From contig CAXXLL010000003.1 in assembly GCA_963662545.2 (NCBI GenBank), forward strand, positions 1,344,001-1,408,000: a DNA stretch of 64,000 bases, given 5' to 3'. The stretch is from Gammaproteobacteria bacterium (GTDB lineage Bacteria; Pseudomonadota; Gammaproteobacteria; Ga0077536). This document shows, one piece after another, positions 19,086 to 28,426 of this stretch (position 1 is the first letter of the stretch; each line of letters starts with the position of its first letter). Below the pieces are notes generated by a model. The model ran no database searches, had not been told where the DNA came from, and was given only the letters and a program-made list of their open reading frames with translations. Made by a program: the position numbers and the translations under genes.

Positions 19086-19889
19086 ATGAAAAAAATCCGT
19101 CAAAAGGTCGTGCCCGTACTCGGCGGAGCACTGGACATCACCGTCAACATAGCGGGCAAGGGCAAACCGCTGGTGTTTCTGCATTCGGCCGGCGGGTTCT
19201 ACTGGGACGACTTTCTCGACAGCCGGGCCGATCACTACAAGGTTTACGCGCCTTACTTCCCCGGCACCGCGCCGGGGAAACCGGACGAGCTCGAGCAGCT
19301 CGACACGATGTGGGATGCGGTGCTCGCCTATGACGACATGCTCGATGCGCTCAAGCTCAAGAAGGTCCGGCTCATGGGCCATTCGTTCGGCGGCCTGCTC
19401 GCCGCCGAACTCGCCGCGCAAAGGCCCAAGAGCATCGAAAAACTGGTGCTCATCGCGCCCATAGGATTATGGCGCGAGGATGCGCCCTACACCGTCGCGA
19501 ATTGGACCGCGCTGGATTTCGAGGGGATCATGAACGTGCTGTTTTACGACCGCAATGCGCCGCGCGTGCAGCGACGTATGGCGGTGCCGGAAGATGTCGC
19601 CGAAGCGGCGCTTTGGAACCGGGATTTCATCTGGACCATCGGTTGCACCGCCAAGCTCATCTGGCCCATTCCGGACAAAGGGCTCAAAAAGCGGATTCAC
19701 CGCGTGACCGCACCGAGCCTCGTCGTCTGGGGCGAGAATGACAAGCTCATTCCGCCGGTCTACGCAGAGGAGTTCGGCAAGTCCCTGCCCGAAGCCGATG
19801 TCTTCATGATTCCACAATGCGGCCATGAACCAGCGCTGGAGCAATGCGAGTTGCTACAGGAGCGAGTAGGCTCGTTTCTTGCGGCCTGA
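19086..19889 (+). CDS. Alpha/beta fold hydrolase
   Basis: PLVFLHSAGG, GHSFGG nucleophile, VVWGENDKLIP and CGH. Start placed at ATG 19086. Confidence 0.88.
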   Translation: MKKIRQKVVPVLGGALDITVNIAGKGKPLVFLHSAGGFYWDDFLDSRADHYKVYAPYFPGTAPGKPDELEQLDTMWDAVLAYDDMLDALKLKKVRLMGHSFGGLLAAELAAQRPKSIEKLVLIAPIGLWREDAPYTVANWTALDFEGIMNVLFYDRNAPRVQRRMAVPEDVAEAALWNRDFIWTIGCTAKLIWPIPDKGLKKRIHRVTAPSLVVWGENDKLIPPVYAEEFGKSLPEADVFMIPQCGHEPALEQCELLQERVGSFLAA

Positions 19890-19950
19890 ATGCGGACTGC
19901 AGCACGAGCTAAGCTGGTTCGCTTAGCTGTAATCGCGGGAGGATATTCAC

Positions 19951-21009
19951 ATGGCACAGCTTGCACCCGTTGCTGAAATGCAATCCTCGTTCGTCGAGGT
20001 ACTGGAACTTTGCGGCGTTAATTCGAACGAAAAAGTCGCCGTACTTTCGGAAGGCCGGCTGGCACAGGAATATTCGGCCGCCTTTATCGCCGCCGCGGCG
20101 GCGCTCGGCGCCGAGCCCCTTCGTGTAAACGTCGCCGCGACGGGCAACGCCGGTGCCGAAGCGCGCATTGCTGAACTCGGCAGGTCGGCCTTGAGTACTG
20201 ATCCGGCGGCCATGCAATCGCTCAAAGGCGCCGACCTCGTCATCGACTTGATGCTACTGCTCTTCTCACGCGAACAGATCGAGATTCAAAAGGCCGGAGC
20301 GCGCGTATTGATGGTGGTCGAGCCGTTCGAGGTGCTGCAACGCCTGATGCCAAAACCTTCCATGCGCGCACGCGTGGAAGCCGCGGAGCGGCGCATGCAG
20401 GGCGCCAAGACTTTACGGTTTACCAACGACGCCGGTACCGACCTTCGCTACGAACTGAAAGTGCTCAACGGTCCGCCGCCCGCATGCATTCTGACCGAGT
20501 ACGGCTACACCGACACGCCGGGTCGCTGGGATCACTGGCCGAGCGGGTTTCTCGCGTCGACCGGTACGGCGACGGGCGTCGAGGGAACCGTGGTCATGGA
20601 TGCGGGCGACATCGTGCTGCCGTGGAAGGAATTCCTTAAGACCCCCGTCGAATTCAAGATCAGCGGTGGCAAGGTCACCGACATCAACGGCGAAGAGGAC
20701 GCCCGGCGATTACGGGATTACATCGAGGGATTCGCCGACCCGCGCGCCTACGCCGTATCGCACATCGGCTGGGGATTGAATGAGGATGCGTTGTGGGAGG
20801 TCGACCTCCCCGGCATCGCGATGGACAGCCGCGCATACCAGGGCAACGTGTTGTTCTCGCTGGGCCCGGACACCGAGTTCGGCGGCGATAATGATACGCC
20901 CTGTCATCTCGATCTACCGATGAAGAACTGCTCGCTGTGGCTGGACGACGAATTGATCGTGAGCCGCGGAGAAGTCGTACCCGAGGACATGCGTGCTCCG
21001 GGGCATTGA
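19951..21009 (+). CDS. 2,5-dihydroxypyridine 5,6-dioxygenase (NicX)-like protein
   Basis: EYG..D.PGRWDHWPSGF, SHIGWG, MDSRA..GNVLFSLGP and CHLD (His/His/Asp iron ligands). Confidence 0.8.
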   Translation: MAQLAPVAEMQSSFVEVLELCGVNSNEKVAVLSEGRLAQEYSAAFIAAAAALGAEPLRVNVAATGNAGAEARIAELGRSALSTDPAAMQSLKGADLVIDLMLLLFSREQIEIQKAGARVLMVVEPFEVLQRLMPKPSMRARVEAAERRMQGAKTLRFTNDAGTDLRYELKVLNGPPPACILTEYGYTDTPGRWDHWPSGFLASTGTATGVEGTVVMDAGDIVLPWKEFLKTPVEFKISGGKVTDINGEEDARRLRDYIEGFADPRAYAVSHIGWGLNEDALWEVDLPGIAMDSRAYQGNVLFSLGPDTEFGGDNDTPCHLDLPMKNCSLWLDDELIVSRGEVVPEDMRAPGH

Positions 21010-21051
21010 CCGGCTGGTGAACTCGAACGCCGCTTCTAAAAGAGAGAGAAA

Positions 21052-23439
21052 ATGAAAACCCTGCACGGCATCGGGAAACCGGTGCGCCGTAAGGAGGACT
21101 TGCGGTTCATCACCGGGAACGGACGCTACACGGGCGATATTTCACTTCCCCATCAACTTTATCTCGCCGTGTGTCGCTCGCCGGTTGCGCACGCAAACAT
21201 TCTGGGTATCGACACGGCCGCCGCGCAGGCGGCCGAGGGTGTGGCCGCGGTGATCACGCCCGCAGATCTGAAACGGGCCGGCATCGGAAATATCCCCTGC
21301 ACACAGCAGATGGTGAACGCCGACGGCAGCGCGATGTATTTGCCGGATCATCCGATATTGCCGAGCGACCGGGTTGTCTATGCCGGTGAACCCGTTGCTG
21401 CGGTGATTGCCGAGAGCGCATTGCTGGCCAAGGATGCGGCGGAACTCATTGCCGTCGATTACGAGGCGCTGCCCGCCGTGGCTGAGGCAAGCGATGCGCT
21501 CGCGCCGAGTGCTCCGCAAATCTGGGATCAGTGCCCCGGCAATCTCGGCTGCGACTGGGTGTTCGGCGATAAGGCTGCCGTCGATGAGGCGTTCGACCGG
21601 GCGGCGCATATCGTCGCCCTGGACGCGATACAGAATCGTCTGTCACCGAATTCCATGGAACCGCGCGCGACGCTCGCAAGCTATGACGCTGGCCGCGATG
21701 AATACACGCTTTACCTGGCCAGCCAGAATCCGCATCTGATCCGCCATTTGACCTCGCACACGACCATGAAACAGGTTCCGGAAACGAAACTGCGGGTTAT
21801 TGCGCCCGATGTCGGCGGCGGTTTCGGGTCCAAATCACCTCAATACAACGAGGAGTACTTGTGCCTCTATGGCGCCAGGCTGACCGGGCGACCGGTCAAA
21901 TGGGTCAGTGATCGAAGCGAAGCCTTTCTCTCCGACGCGCACGGGCGCGACCATGTGACGCATGCCGAAATGGCGGTAGACGCGGACGGTAAGATCCTGG
22001 CCATTCGCAGCTCTCACGTGGCCAACCTCGGCGCCTACGCGCAGATGTTCGGGCCGTTGGTTCCCACGGTCCTGTATTCCACCATGCTGTCCGGTGTCTA
22101 TCGCATCGGCGCCGTTTACTCCGAGGCCAGGATCGCCTACACCAACACCGTGCCGACGGACGCCTATCGCGGCGCCGGGCGTCCCGAAGCCGCTTACACC
22201 GTCGAGCGCCTGGTCGAACTGGCGGCTGCAAAACTCGGCATCGATTCGGTCGAATTCAGGCGGCGCAATTTCATTCCCAAGAACGCCTTTCCCTACGAGG
22301 TCTGCACGGGCCATATATATGATTCCGGCGATTACGACCAATGCATGGATCTGGCGCTGGCCGCCATTGATTTCGATTCGTTCGCGAAGCGCCGGGACCT
22401 GTCTCGCGAGCGCGGCAAATTGCGCGGCATCGGCTTATCGGTTTACACCGAGCTCGCCGGTGTGGGACCGACGCCGATAGCGATCCAAGGCGGCTCGCAG
22501 GTCCCTTTCTACGAAGTGACGACCGTGCGCGTCAATCCGGACGCCAGCGTCACCGTACTGACCGGCGCCCACAGTCACGGCCAGGGACACGAGACCTCCT
22601 TCGCCCAGGTCGTCGCCGAGAAACTCAACGTCTCGATTGAGAACGTGGAGGTGGTGCACGGCGATACCGGCAAGGTCCCCTTCGGCGTCGGCACCTTTGG
22701 CTCACGATCGATCAGCCTTGCCGGCGGTGCGCTCAGCGTGGGGCTCGACAAAGTCGTGGCGAAGGGGAAAAGAATCGCCGCACACGTGCTCGAAGCTGGC
22801 GCCGATGAAATCGACTTCATCGACGGGTATTTCAAGGTCCGGGGCTCGGACCGCATCCTGGCCTTCGCCGATATGGTCGAGATCGCCTATCTACCGGGCA
22901 ACTACCCCCTCGAAGAACTCGAACCCGGGCTCGAGGAGATGACCTATTTCGACCCGCCCAATTACACTTTCCCGGCCGGCTGCCACATTTGCGAAGTCGA
23001 AATCGATCCCGAAACCGGCACCACGGATATCGTTAATTACTGCATCGGCGATGATTTCGGCGTCGTCATCAACCCGATGATCGTCGAAGGCCAGGTTCAC
23101 GGCGGCGTAGCGCAAGGCGTGGGGCAGGCGCTCATGGAACATGCCGTCTACGATCCGGACACCGCACAGTTGATCAGCGGGACATTTCTCGATTACTGCA
23201 TGCCGCGCGCGCACGATCTGCCGATGATGACCGTCGAGTCGATCGACAACACCACACCCTCCAATCCGCTGGGTGCCAAGGGCTGCGGTGAAGCAGGCGC
23301 GATCGGCGCACCGGTCGCCGTCATGAACGCGGTGTTCGACGCCCTCAAACCCGCGGGCGTAACGCAGCTCACGATGCCGGCCACGCCGCACAAAATCTGG
23401 GCGGCGATCGAGAAAGCGGCGTCGGGATCTTCTAACTGA
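21052..23439 (+). CDS. Xanthine oxidase-family molybdopterin large subunit (form II CoxL-like)
   Basis: RKEDLRFITG.G.Y, DVGGGFGSK, AYRGAGRPEA, HGQGHET, EGQVHGG and GAKGCGEAG. Confidence 0.93.
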   Translation: MKTLHGIGKPVRRKEDLRFITGNGRYTGDISLPHQLYLAVCRSPVAHANILGIDTAAAQAAEGVAAVITPADLKRAGIGNIPCTQQMVNADGSAMYLPDHPILPSDRVVYAGEPVAAVIAESALLAKDAAELIAVDYEALPAVAEASDALAPSAPQIWDQCPGNLGCDWVFGDKAAVDEAFDRAAHIVALDAIQNRLSPNSMEPRATLASYDAGRDEYTLYLASQNPHLIRHLTSHTTMKQVPETKLRVIAPDVGGGFGSKSPQYNEEYLCLYGARLTGRPVKWVSDRSEAFLSDAHGRDHVTHAEMAVDADGKILAIRSSHVANLGAYAQMFGPLVPTVLYSTMLSGVYRIGAVYSEARIAYTNTVPTDAYRGAGRPEAAYTVERLVELAAAKLGIDSVEFRRRNFIPKNAFPYEVCTGHIYDSGDYDQCMDLALAAIDFDSFAKRRDLSRERGKLRGIGLSVYTELAGVGPTPIAIQGGSQVPFYEVTTVRVNPDASVTVLTGAHSHGQGHETSFAQVVAEKLNVSIENVEVVHGDTGKVPFGVGTFGSRSISLAGGALSVGLDKVVAKGKRIAAHVLEAGADEIDFIDGYFKVRGSDRILAFADMVEIAYLPGNYPLEELEPGLEEMTYFDPPNYTFPAGCHICEVEIDPETGTTDIVNYCIGDDFGVVINPMIVEGQVHGGVAQGVGQALMEHAVYDPDTAQLISGTFLDYCMPRAHDLPMMTVESIDNTTPSNPLGAKGCGEAGAIGAPVAVMNAVFDALKPAGVTQLTMPATPHKIWAAIEKAASGSSN

Positions 23440-23446
23440 AGAAAGA

Positions 23447-24511
23447 ATGGCGATGAAATTCGGCATCGCATTTACTTCGCGGATCGGTGATTACGATCTC
23501 GTCCAGCTGGCGGAATCGCTCGGCTTCAGCCAGGTCTGGTTTTTCGATTCGCAGATGATCTATTCGGACGTCTACGCGACGATGGCCCTCGCCGCTCACA
23601 AGACCAAGCGCATACGCCTCGCCACGGGCGTTGCGGTTCCCAGCACGCGCATGGCGCCCGTCATCGCACATTCCATCGCGACCATCGCCGAACTCGCGCC
23701 GGGCCGGGTCGAACTCGGCGTCGGCAACGGCAACACGGCGCGCCTCACAATGGGGCTGCGCCCGGTGCCGCTAGCCCGCATGAAGCAGGAGATCCGGTTG
23801 ATCCAAACCTTGCTCAAGGGTGACGCCGGCGTGCACGAATGCGAAGGAGAATCACACCTGGTACAGCTACTGCACCGCGATGAAGGCTTCATCAATCTCG
23901 AACACGCGATTCCGGTCACCTTGTCCGCGTTCGGGCCCAAGACCCTCGCGTACTGCGGCGCCGAATGCGACGGACACCTCACTTGGAACGCATCGCTGGA
24001 CATGATGCGCAATGCTCGCGAAAAAATAGCGAGCGCCGCGCAGGACGCCGGCCGCTCTGCAGCGGACGTCCCGAGCAAGGCGATCTATCCACTGGCGGTA
24101 TTGCGGCCCGGCGAAACCTCGTCGAGTCCGGGCGTCCTCGAGAGCCTCGCCCCCTTCATTACCAACCTGCTGCACGTCATGTGCGAATGGGACGAACAGT
24201 TGTTGCCGTCCGACGCCACTATCACCGAACACGTCAAGCGGTATCGCGACTACGTCGCGACCCTGCCCTCAGAAAGACGTCATCTCATTCTGCACAAAGG
24301 GCACCTCGTCTACACCCGTGAAGACGAGCGTGAATTTCTAGTACCCGAAGTTGCAGAGGTCGCTGCGATGATCGGCGAGCCGGACGCCGTGATCGAAAAT
24401 ATTCGCGCGCTCGAAGCGCAAGGGCTCAGCCATTTTGCATTCCAGGTGACCGACGACCCGGTCGCGCAAATGCGCTATTTCGCCGAAACCGTCATGCTGC
24501 GCTACCACTGA
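23447..24511 (+). CDS. LLM-class flavin-dependent oxidoreductase (Mer-like)
   Basis: AESLGF..VW.FDS, T.RIRL.TGV, ELAPGRVELGVG.G and A.GPKTL...G..CDG. Confidence 0.88.
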   Translation: MAMKFGIAFTSRIGDYDLVQLAESLGFSQVWFFDSQMIYSDVYATMALAAHKTKRIRLATGVAVPSTRMAPVIAHSIATIAELAPGRVELGVGNGNTARLTMGLRPVPLARMKQEIRLIQTLLKGDAGVHECEGESHLVQLLHRDEGFINLEHAIPVTLSAFGPKTLAYCGAECDGHLTWNASLDMMRNAREKIASAAQDAGRSAADVPSKAIYPLAVLRPGETSSSPGVLESLAPFITNLLHVMCEWDEQLLPSDATITEHVKRYRDYVATLPSERRHLILHKGHLVYTREDEREFLVPEVAEVAAMIGEPDAVIENIRALEAQGLSHFAFQVTDDPVAQMRYFAETVMLRYH

Positions 24512-24526
24512 CGGCGCCCGGGGTTT

Positions 24527-25729
24527 TTATTTTTCGGCGCTCACCAGAACGCCGGCATCTCGTAATTCGTCGATTCTGTTCTCGCCGTAACTGAGCACGC
24601 TGCCGAGAATCTCGGAGTTATGCTGGCCTAGCAGAGGCGCCTCGAAGTCGGGCAGATCCGGCTGGGCGGAAAACCTGAACGGGAATCCGGGGATCTGGAT
24701 CTCGCCCAGGATCGGATCGGTCACGGTGCGCACGGTGCCGCGATCCAGAAAGTATTCGTGCTCGAGCGCGTCGGTTGGATTCAGCACTGGCCCGGCAGGT
24801 ACGCGATGCGCTTCGAGTACCTCCAGCACCGCTTCGTTGGTCTCGAAGGACGCGGTCCACGATTCGATCATTTCGATCAGAGTCTCCTGATGCCGGGCGC
24901 GCGTCTCGCCGTCGATGAAGCGGGAGTCTTCGGCAAGCTCGGGACGCCCCATGGCTTCACACAAGCCCTTCCACTGAAGTTGTAGCACGGCGATCACCAA
25001 AAACCCGGTCGGCCCTTTGAACACGCCAAACGGCGCGACCAGCTCGTGGTGGGCGCCCATGGGGCCGGGTCTGAAGGACTTGCCGATCACCGAACGTCCG
25101 TGGACGTTGTACTCATGCATGTGGAACATCGTATCGACCATGGACAGGTCTAGATACTGACCCTCACCGGTGCGTAGCCGGTGGTACAGGGCGTAACCGA
25201 TCGCCGCAAAGCCGTGCACGCCGGCATTGGAGTCGCACACGCCGATACCGACCGGGTGCGGGGTACCGCCCCGCGGGCCGGTCACGTCCATCAGCCCGCT
25301 GAAACCCTGGACGATCCAGTCGTAACCCGTTTTGTGCGATAGCGTGCTCTGCCGACCGAAGGCCGAGACGGACGCCATGATGAGGCGCGGGTTGATGCCG
25401 GCGAGCGAGGTGTAATCGAAGCCGCGCTTTTCCATGACACCGGGTCCCGCATTCTCAACCACGATGTCGACCTCGCGGACGAGATCGAGCACGATCTTTT
25501 TCGCCTCCGGTTTCGAGAGATCGAGACACAGGCTTTTCTTGCCCCGATTTTGCTGCACGAAAAACCCGCTACGGCCGTCGCGAACGAACGGCAGCAGACG
25601 ACCGGGATCGCCGCCGGGGGCCTGCTCGACCTTGATGATTTCCGCGCCCATCTCGGCCATCAGCCGGGTGATCGAGGGGCCGGCGAGATACTGGGTGAAA
25701 TCAAGTACGCGTATGTCGTCGAGAATCAT
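24527..25729 (-). CDS. CaiB/BaiF family III CoA-transferase
   Basis: IRVLDFTQYLAGP, GAEIIKVE, NRGKKS..LDL, DIVVEN, GYD (catalytic Asp) and APLLGQH. Confidence 0.94.
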   Translation of the reverse strand: MILDDIRVLDFTQYLAGPSITRLMAEMGAEIIKVEQAPGGDPGRLLPFVRDGRSGFFVQQNRGKKSLCLDLSKPEAKKIVLDLVREVDIVVENAGPGVMEKRGFDYTSLAGINPRLIMASVSAFGRQSTLSHKTGYDWIVQGFSGLMDVTGPRGGTPHPVGIGVCDSNAGVHGFAAIGYALYHRLRTGEGQYLDLSMVDTMFHMHEYNVHGRSVIGKSFRPGPMGAHHELVAPFGVFKGPTGFLVIAVLQLQWKGLCEAMGRPELAEDSRFIDGETRARHQETLIEMIESWTASFETNEAVLEVLEAHRVPAGPVLNPTDALEHEYFLDRGTVRTVTDPILGEIQIPGFPFRFSAQPDLPDFEAPLLGQHNSEILGSVLSYGENRIDELRDAGVLVSAEK

Positions 25730-25929
25730 GGTTGTGCTCTCCAAGAATCGTGCGCGAGAAGCCGGCGCCAGCCGGCAATCAGACGCCCCTTATAAAACGC
25801 GACGCGATCGGAGTCGAGCGCGGCACGATCATCGGTCATGTTCGCCGTGCAAGTCTCGGTCACGCGTAGTCGGCGGATCTGGCATGATGCGCGCAGCAGG
25901 ATGACTCAACCATACCGACGGATTTGATC

Positions 25930-27492
25930 GTGAGCTGGGACAAGGAAATCGAAGAAACCGGCAAACGGCGCGCACTGGCGGCCGCCATGGGCGGTGAGGA
26001 AGGGATCGAAAAACAGCACGCCCGCGGCAAACTGACCGTGCGCGAGCGAATCGATTACCTGCTCGACCCCGGATCGTTTCGCGAGCATGGGCAACTTGCA
26101 GGCGGCGCCATTCTCGACGACGAGGGTGAGATCGTCTCATTCACGCCCGCCAATTACGTCGTCGGTTTCGGTCGCATCGATGGAAGGCAGATCGTGGTCG
26201 GCGGTGAAGACTTCACGCTCAAGGGCGGTTCGCCCAACGCGGCGGGCCTGCGCAAAAGCATTTACGCCGAGCACCTGGCCGTCAAGCACCGCACACCCCT
26301 GGTCCGGCTACTCGAAGGTGGCGGCGGCAGCGTTTCGACCGGCGACGATGACCCTCGAAAACCGCACACCGTCGGCGAACCCGTTTACGCGGCGCCGCGC
26401 TTCGCCATCATCGCCGAAGCCATGGGCCTGGTCCCGGTCGCTTCCGCCGCGCTCGGACCGGTGGCGGGTTTTCCCGCGGGAAGGCTGGTCGCGTCTCATT
26501 TTTCCGTCATGGCACGCGGTACCGCCCAAGTGATGATCGGCGGCCCGGCGCTGGTCAAGCGCGCGCTCGGCCGCGACTTTTCCAAAGAAGAACTCGGCGG
26601 CGTCGCCGTCCACGCCAAATCCGGGGTGGTCGACAATATTGCCGACGACGAAGGCGCCGCGCTCGATCAGATCCGCCGGTTTCTGAGTTATATGCCGCAG
26701 AGCGTGTGGCATCGCGCGCCACGCATCAAATCCAGCGATCCAAGCGACCGCTGCGAGGACGAACTCGCTTCGATCGTGCCACGTAACCGCCGCCATGCCT
26801 TCGACATGGGTGTCTTGATCAAACTGGTCGTCGACCGGGACTCGTTCTTTCCGATCGCCTCCGCCTACGGCCCCGGACTGATCGTGGGCTTCGCGCGTCT
26901 GCAGGGCCAGGCCATCGGCGTCACCGGCAACGACTGCCGTCATCTTGCGGGCGCCATGACCGCCGAAGCTGCTCAGAAAATGCGCCGCATGATCGAAATC
27001 TGCGACACCTTTCATCTCCCGCTGGTCAACTTCGTCGACGAACCGGGCTTCATGATCGGACCGGAAGCCGAGAGCGCGGCCACCATTCGATATGGCATGG
27101 CGGCGGTCTCCGCGGCCGCGCAAGCAAAGATCCCCTGGGCATCAGTACGCGTTCGCAAATCCTTCGGCGTCGCTGCAGCTGCGCATTTCGGCCCGGACGC
27201 CTATGTCCTCGACTGGCCTTCGGCCGAGTCGGGCCCGCTGCCGCTAGAGGGCGGTGTTGCCGTAGCGTTTGGGCGGGAGATCGCGAGCGCGGCCGACCCC
27301 GCGGCGAAACGTCTCGAACTCGAGGAAAAGCTCGCGAAGGCGCGCTCGCCTTACCGGGCCGCCGAGTCGTTCGCGACGCACGAGATGATCGATCCCCGAG
27401 AAACGCGTCCGCTACTCTGCGATTGGATCGAATGGAACGAGACACGCCTGGACGGACTGCTGGGTCCGAGCGGATTTCCGATGCGGCCTTAA
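25930..27492 (+). CDS. Acyl-CoA carboxylase carboxyltransferase (beta) subunit
   Basis: QHARGKLTVRERI..LLD.GSF.E, DFT..GGS, EELGG..VH..SGVVD, FVDEPGF.IG and IDPRETR. Confidence 0.92.
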   Translation: MSWDKEIEETGKRRALAAAMGGEEGIEKQHARGKLTVRERIDYLLDPGSFREHGQLAGGAILDDEGEIVSFTPANYVVGFGRIDGRQIVVGGEDFTLKGGSPNAAGLRKSIYAEHLAVKHRTPLVRLLEGGGGSVSTGDDDPRKPHTVGEPVYAAPRFAIIAEAMGLVPVASAALGPVAGFPAGRLVASHFSVMARGTAQVMIGGPALVKRALGRDFSKEELGGVAVHAKSGVVDNIADDEGAALDQIRRFLSYMPQSVWHRAPRIKSSDPSDRCEDELASIVPRNRRHAFDMGVLIKLVVDRDSFFPIASAYGPGLIVGFARLQGQAIGVTGNDCRHLAGAMTAEAAQKMRRMIEICDTFHLPLVNFVDEPGFMIGPEAESAATIRYGMAAVSAAAQAKIPWASVRVRKSFGVAAAAHFGPDAYVLDWPSAESGPLPLEGGVAVAFGREIASAADPAAKRLELEEKLAKARSPYRAAESFATHEMIDPRETRPLLCDWIEWNETRLDGLLGPSGFPMRP

Positions 27493-27558
27493 TCCGGATT
27501 TTTTAACGCCTTCCTGCCGCGGGCGTCAATCCGTGGTGAGAAATGCGGGTAAACCCGG

Positions 27559-28308
27559 TCAGGCGATTCCTACCGCGCGGCCCAAAGTATTCCCGATTTC
27601 GGCATGGAGCACGAGGTCGGCCGCGCCATCCTGATCGGTCGGTTCTCGATTGACGATGACGAGTTTCGCGCCGTTGCGTTTGGCAAGTACCGGAAACGCG
27701 GCGGCCGGATACACGACCAGCGACGACCCGAGCGCGATGAACAGATCGCACGCCAGAGTTTCCTCTTCGGCACGATCCATAGCGGCCGCCGGCATCGACT
27801 GACCGAAAGAAATCGTAGCCGTCTTCACGAGCCCCCCGCAAGCGCCGCACACAGGCAGGGTCTCGTCGCGTTCGAAGGCTTCGAAAATCGGTTCGAGTTC
27901 ATAGCGCTTCTTGCAGTCCAGGCAGGCAGCGTAAGTTGAGTTGCCGTGCAGTTCGATCACTTTGGCGTCGCTAACGCCCGATGCCTGGTGCAGACCGTCG
28001 ATATTCTGGGTAATGATCGCACTCATCGTGCCGCGCTCGATCAACGCCGCCAGGGCGCGATGCCCGCGGTTGGGTCGTGCTGCTTTGAAATCGCGATCGA
28101 TCACCCGCTTTCTTCGCCATGACTCCCTGCGCATTTCTTCGGACGACACGAAATCGTCGAATTCGATCGGCTGCATTCGCGTCCAGATGCCGCCGGGACT
28201 CCGAAAATCCGCAATGCCCGATTCCGTGCTGATGCCGGCTCCAGTAAAGGCGACCGTGCGCTTTGAATTCGCGATTAGTTCTGCCAAGCGCTCGATTTCA
28301 TCAGTCAT
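27559..28308 (-). CDS. cobB: Sir2-family NAD-dependent protein deacylase
   Basis: FTGAGISTESGIADFRSPGGIW, TQNIDGLH, ELHG, zinc motifs CLDC/CGAC and GSSLVVYPAA. Confidence 0.93.
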   Translation of the reverse strand: MTDEIERLAELIANSKRTVAFTGAGISTESGIADFRSPGGIWTRMQPIEFDDFVSSEEMRRESWRRKRVIDRDFKAARPNRGHRALAALIERGTMSAIITQNIDGLHQASGVSDAKVIELHGNSTYAACLDCKKRYELEPIFEAFERDETLPVCGACGGLVKTATISFGQSMPAAAMDRAEEETLACDLFIALGSSLVVYPAAAFPVLAKRNGAKLVIVNREPTDQDGAADLVLHAEIGNTLGRAVGIA

Positions 28309-28426
28309 CGTTCAGATCCGTCGTTCATTTTAAGCCGGGGCATTCACGAATGTGAGGCTGGATACTGGTACCATTGGATGGATATACAGTTTATCCAGAG
28401 CACGCTCTTAACGCACCACAAAAAGC

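Noticed and set aside
21052-23439. Bona fide aerobic CO dehydrogenase (form I CoxL)
   Set aside because: The loop is AYRGAGR, not the Cu-binding AYRCSFR, and there are no cox accessory genes. The second large subunit (54965-57328) also lacks the motif.
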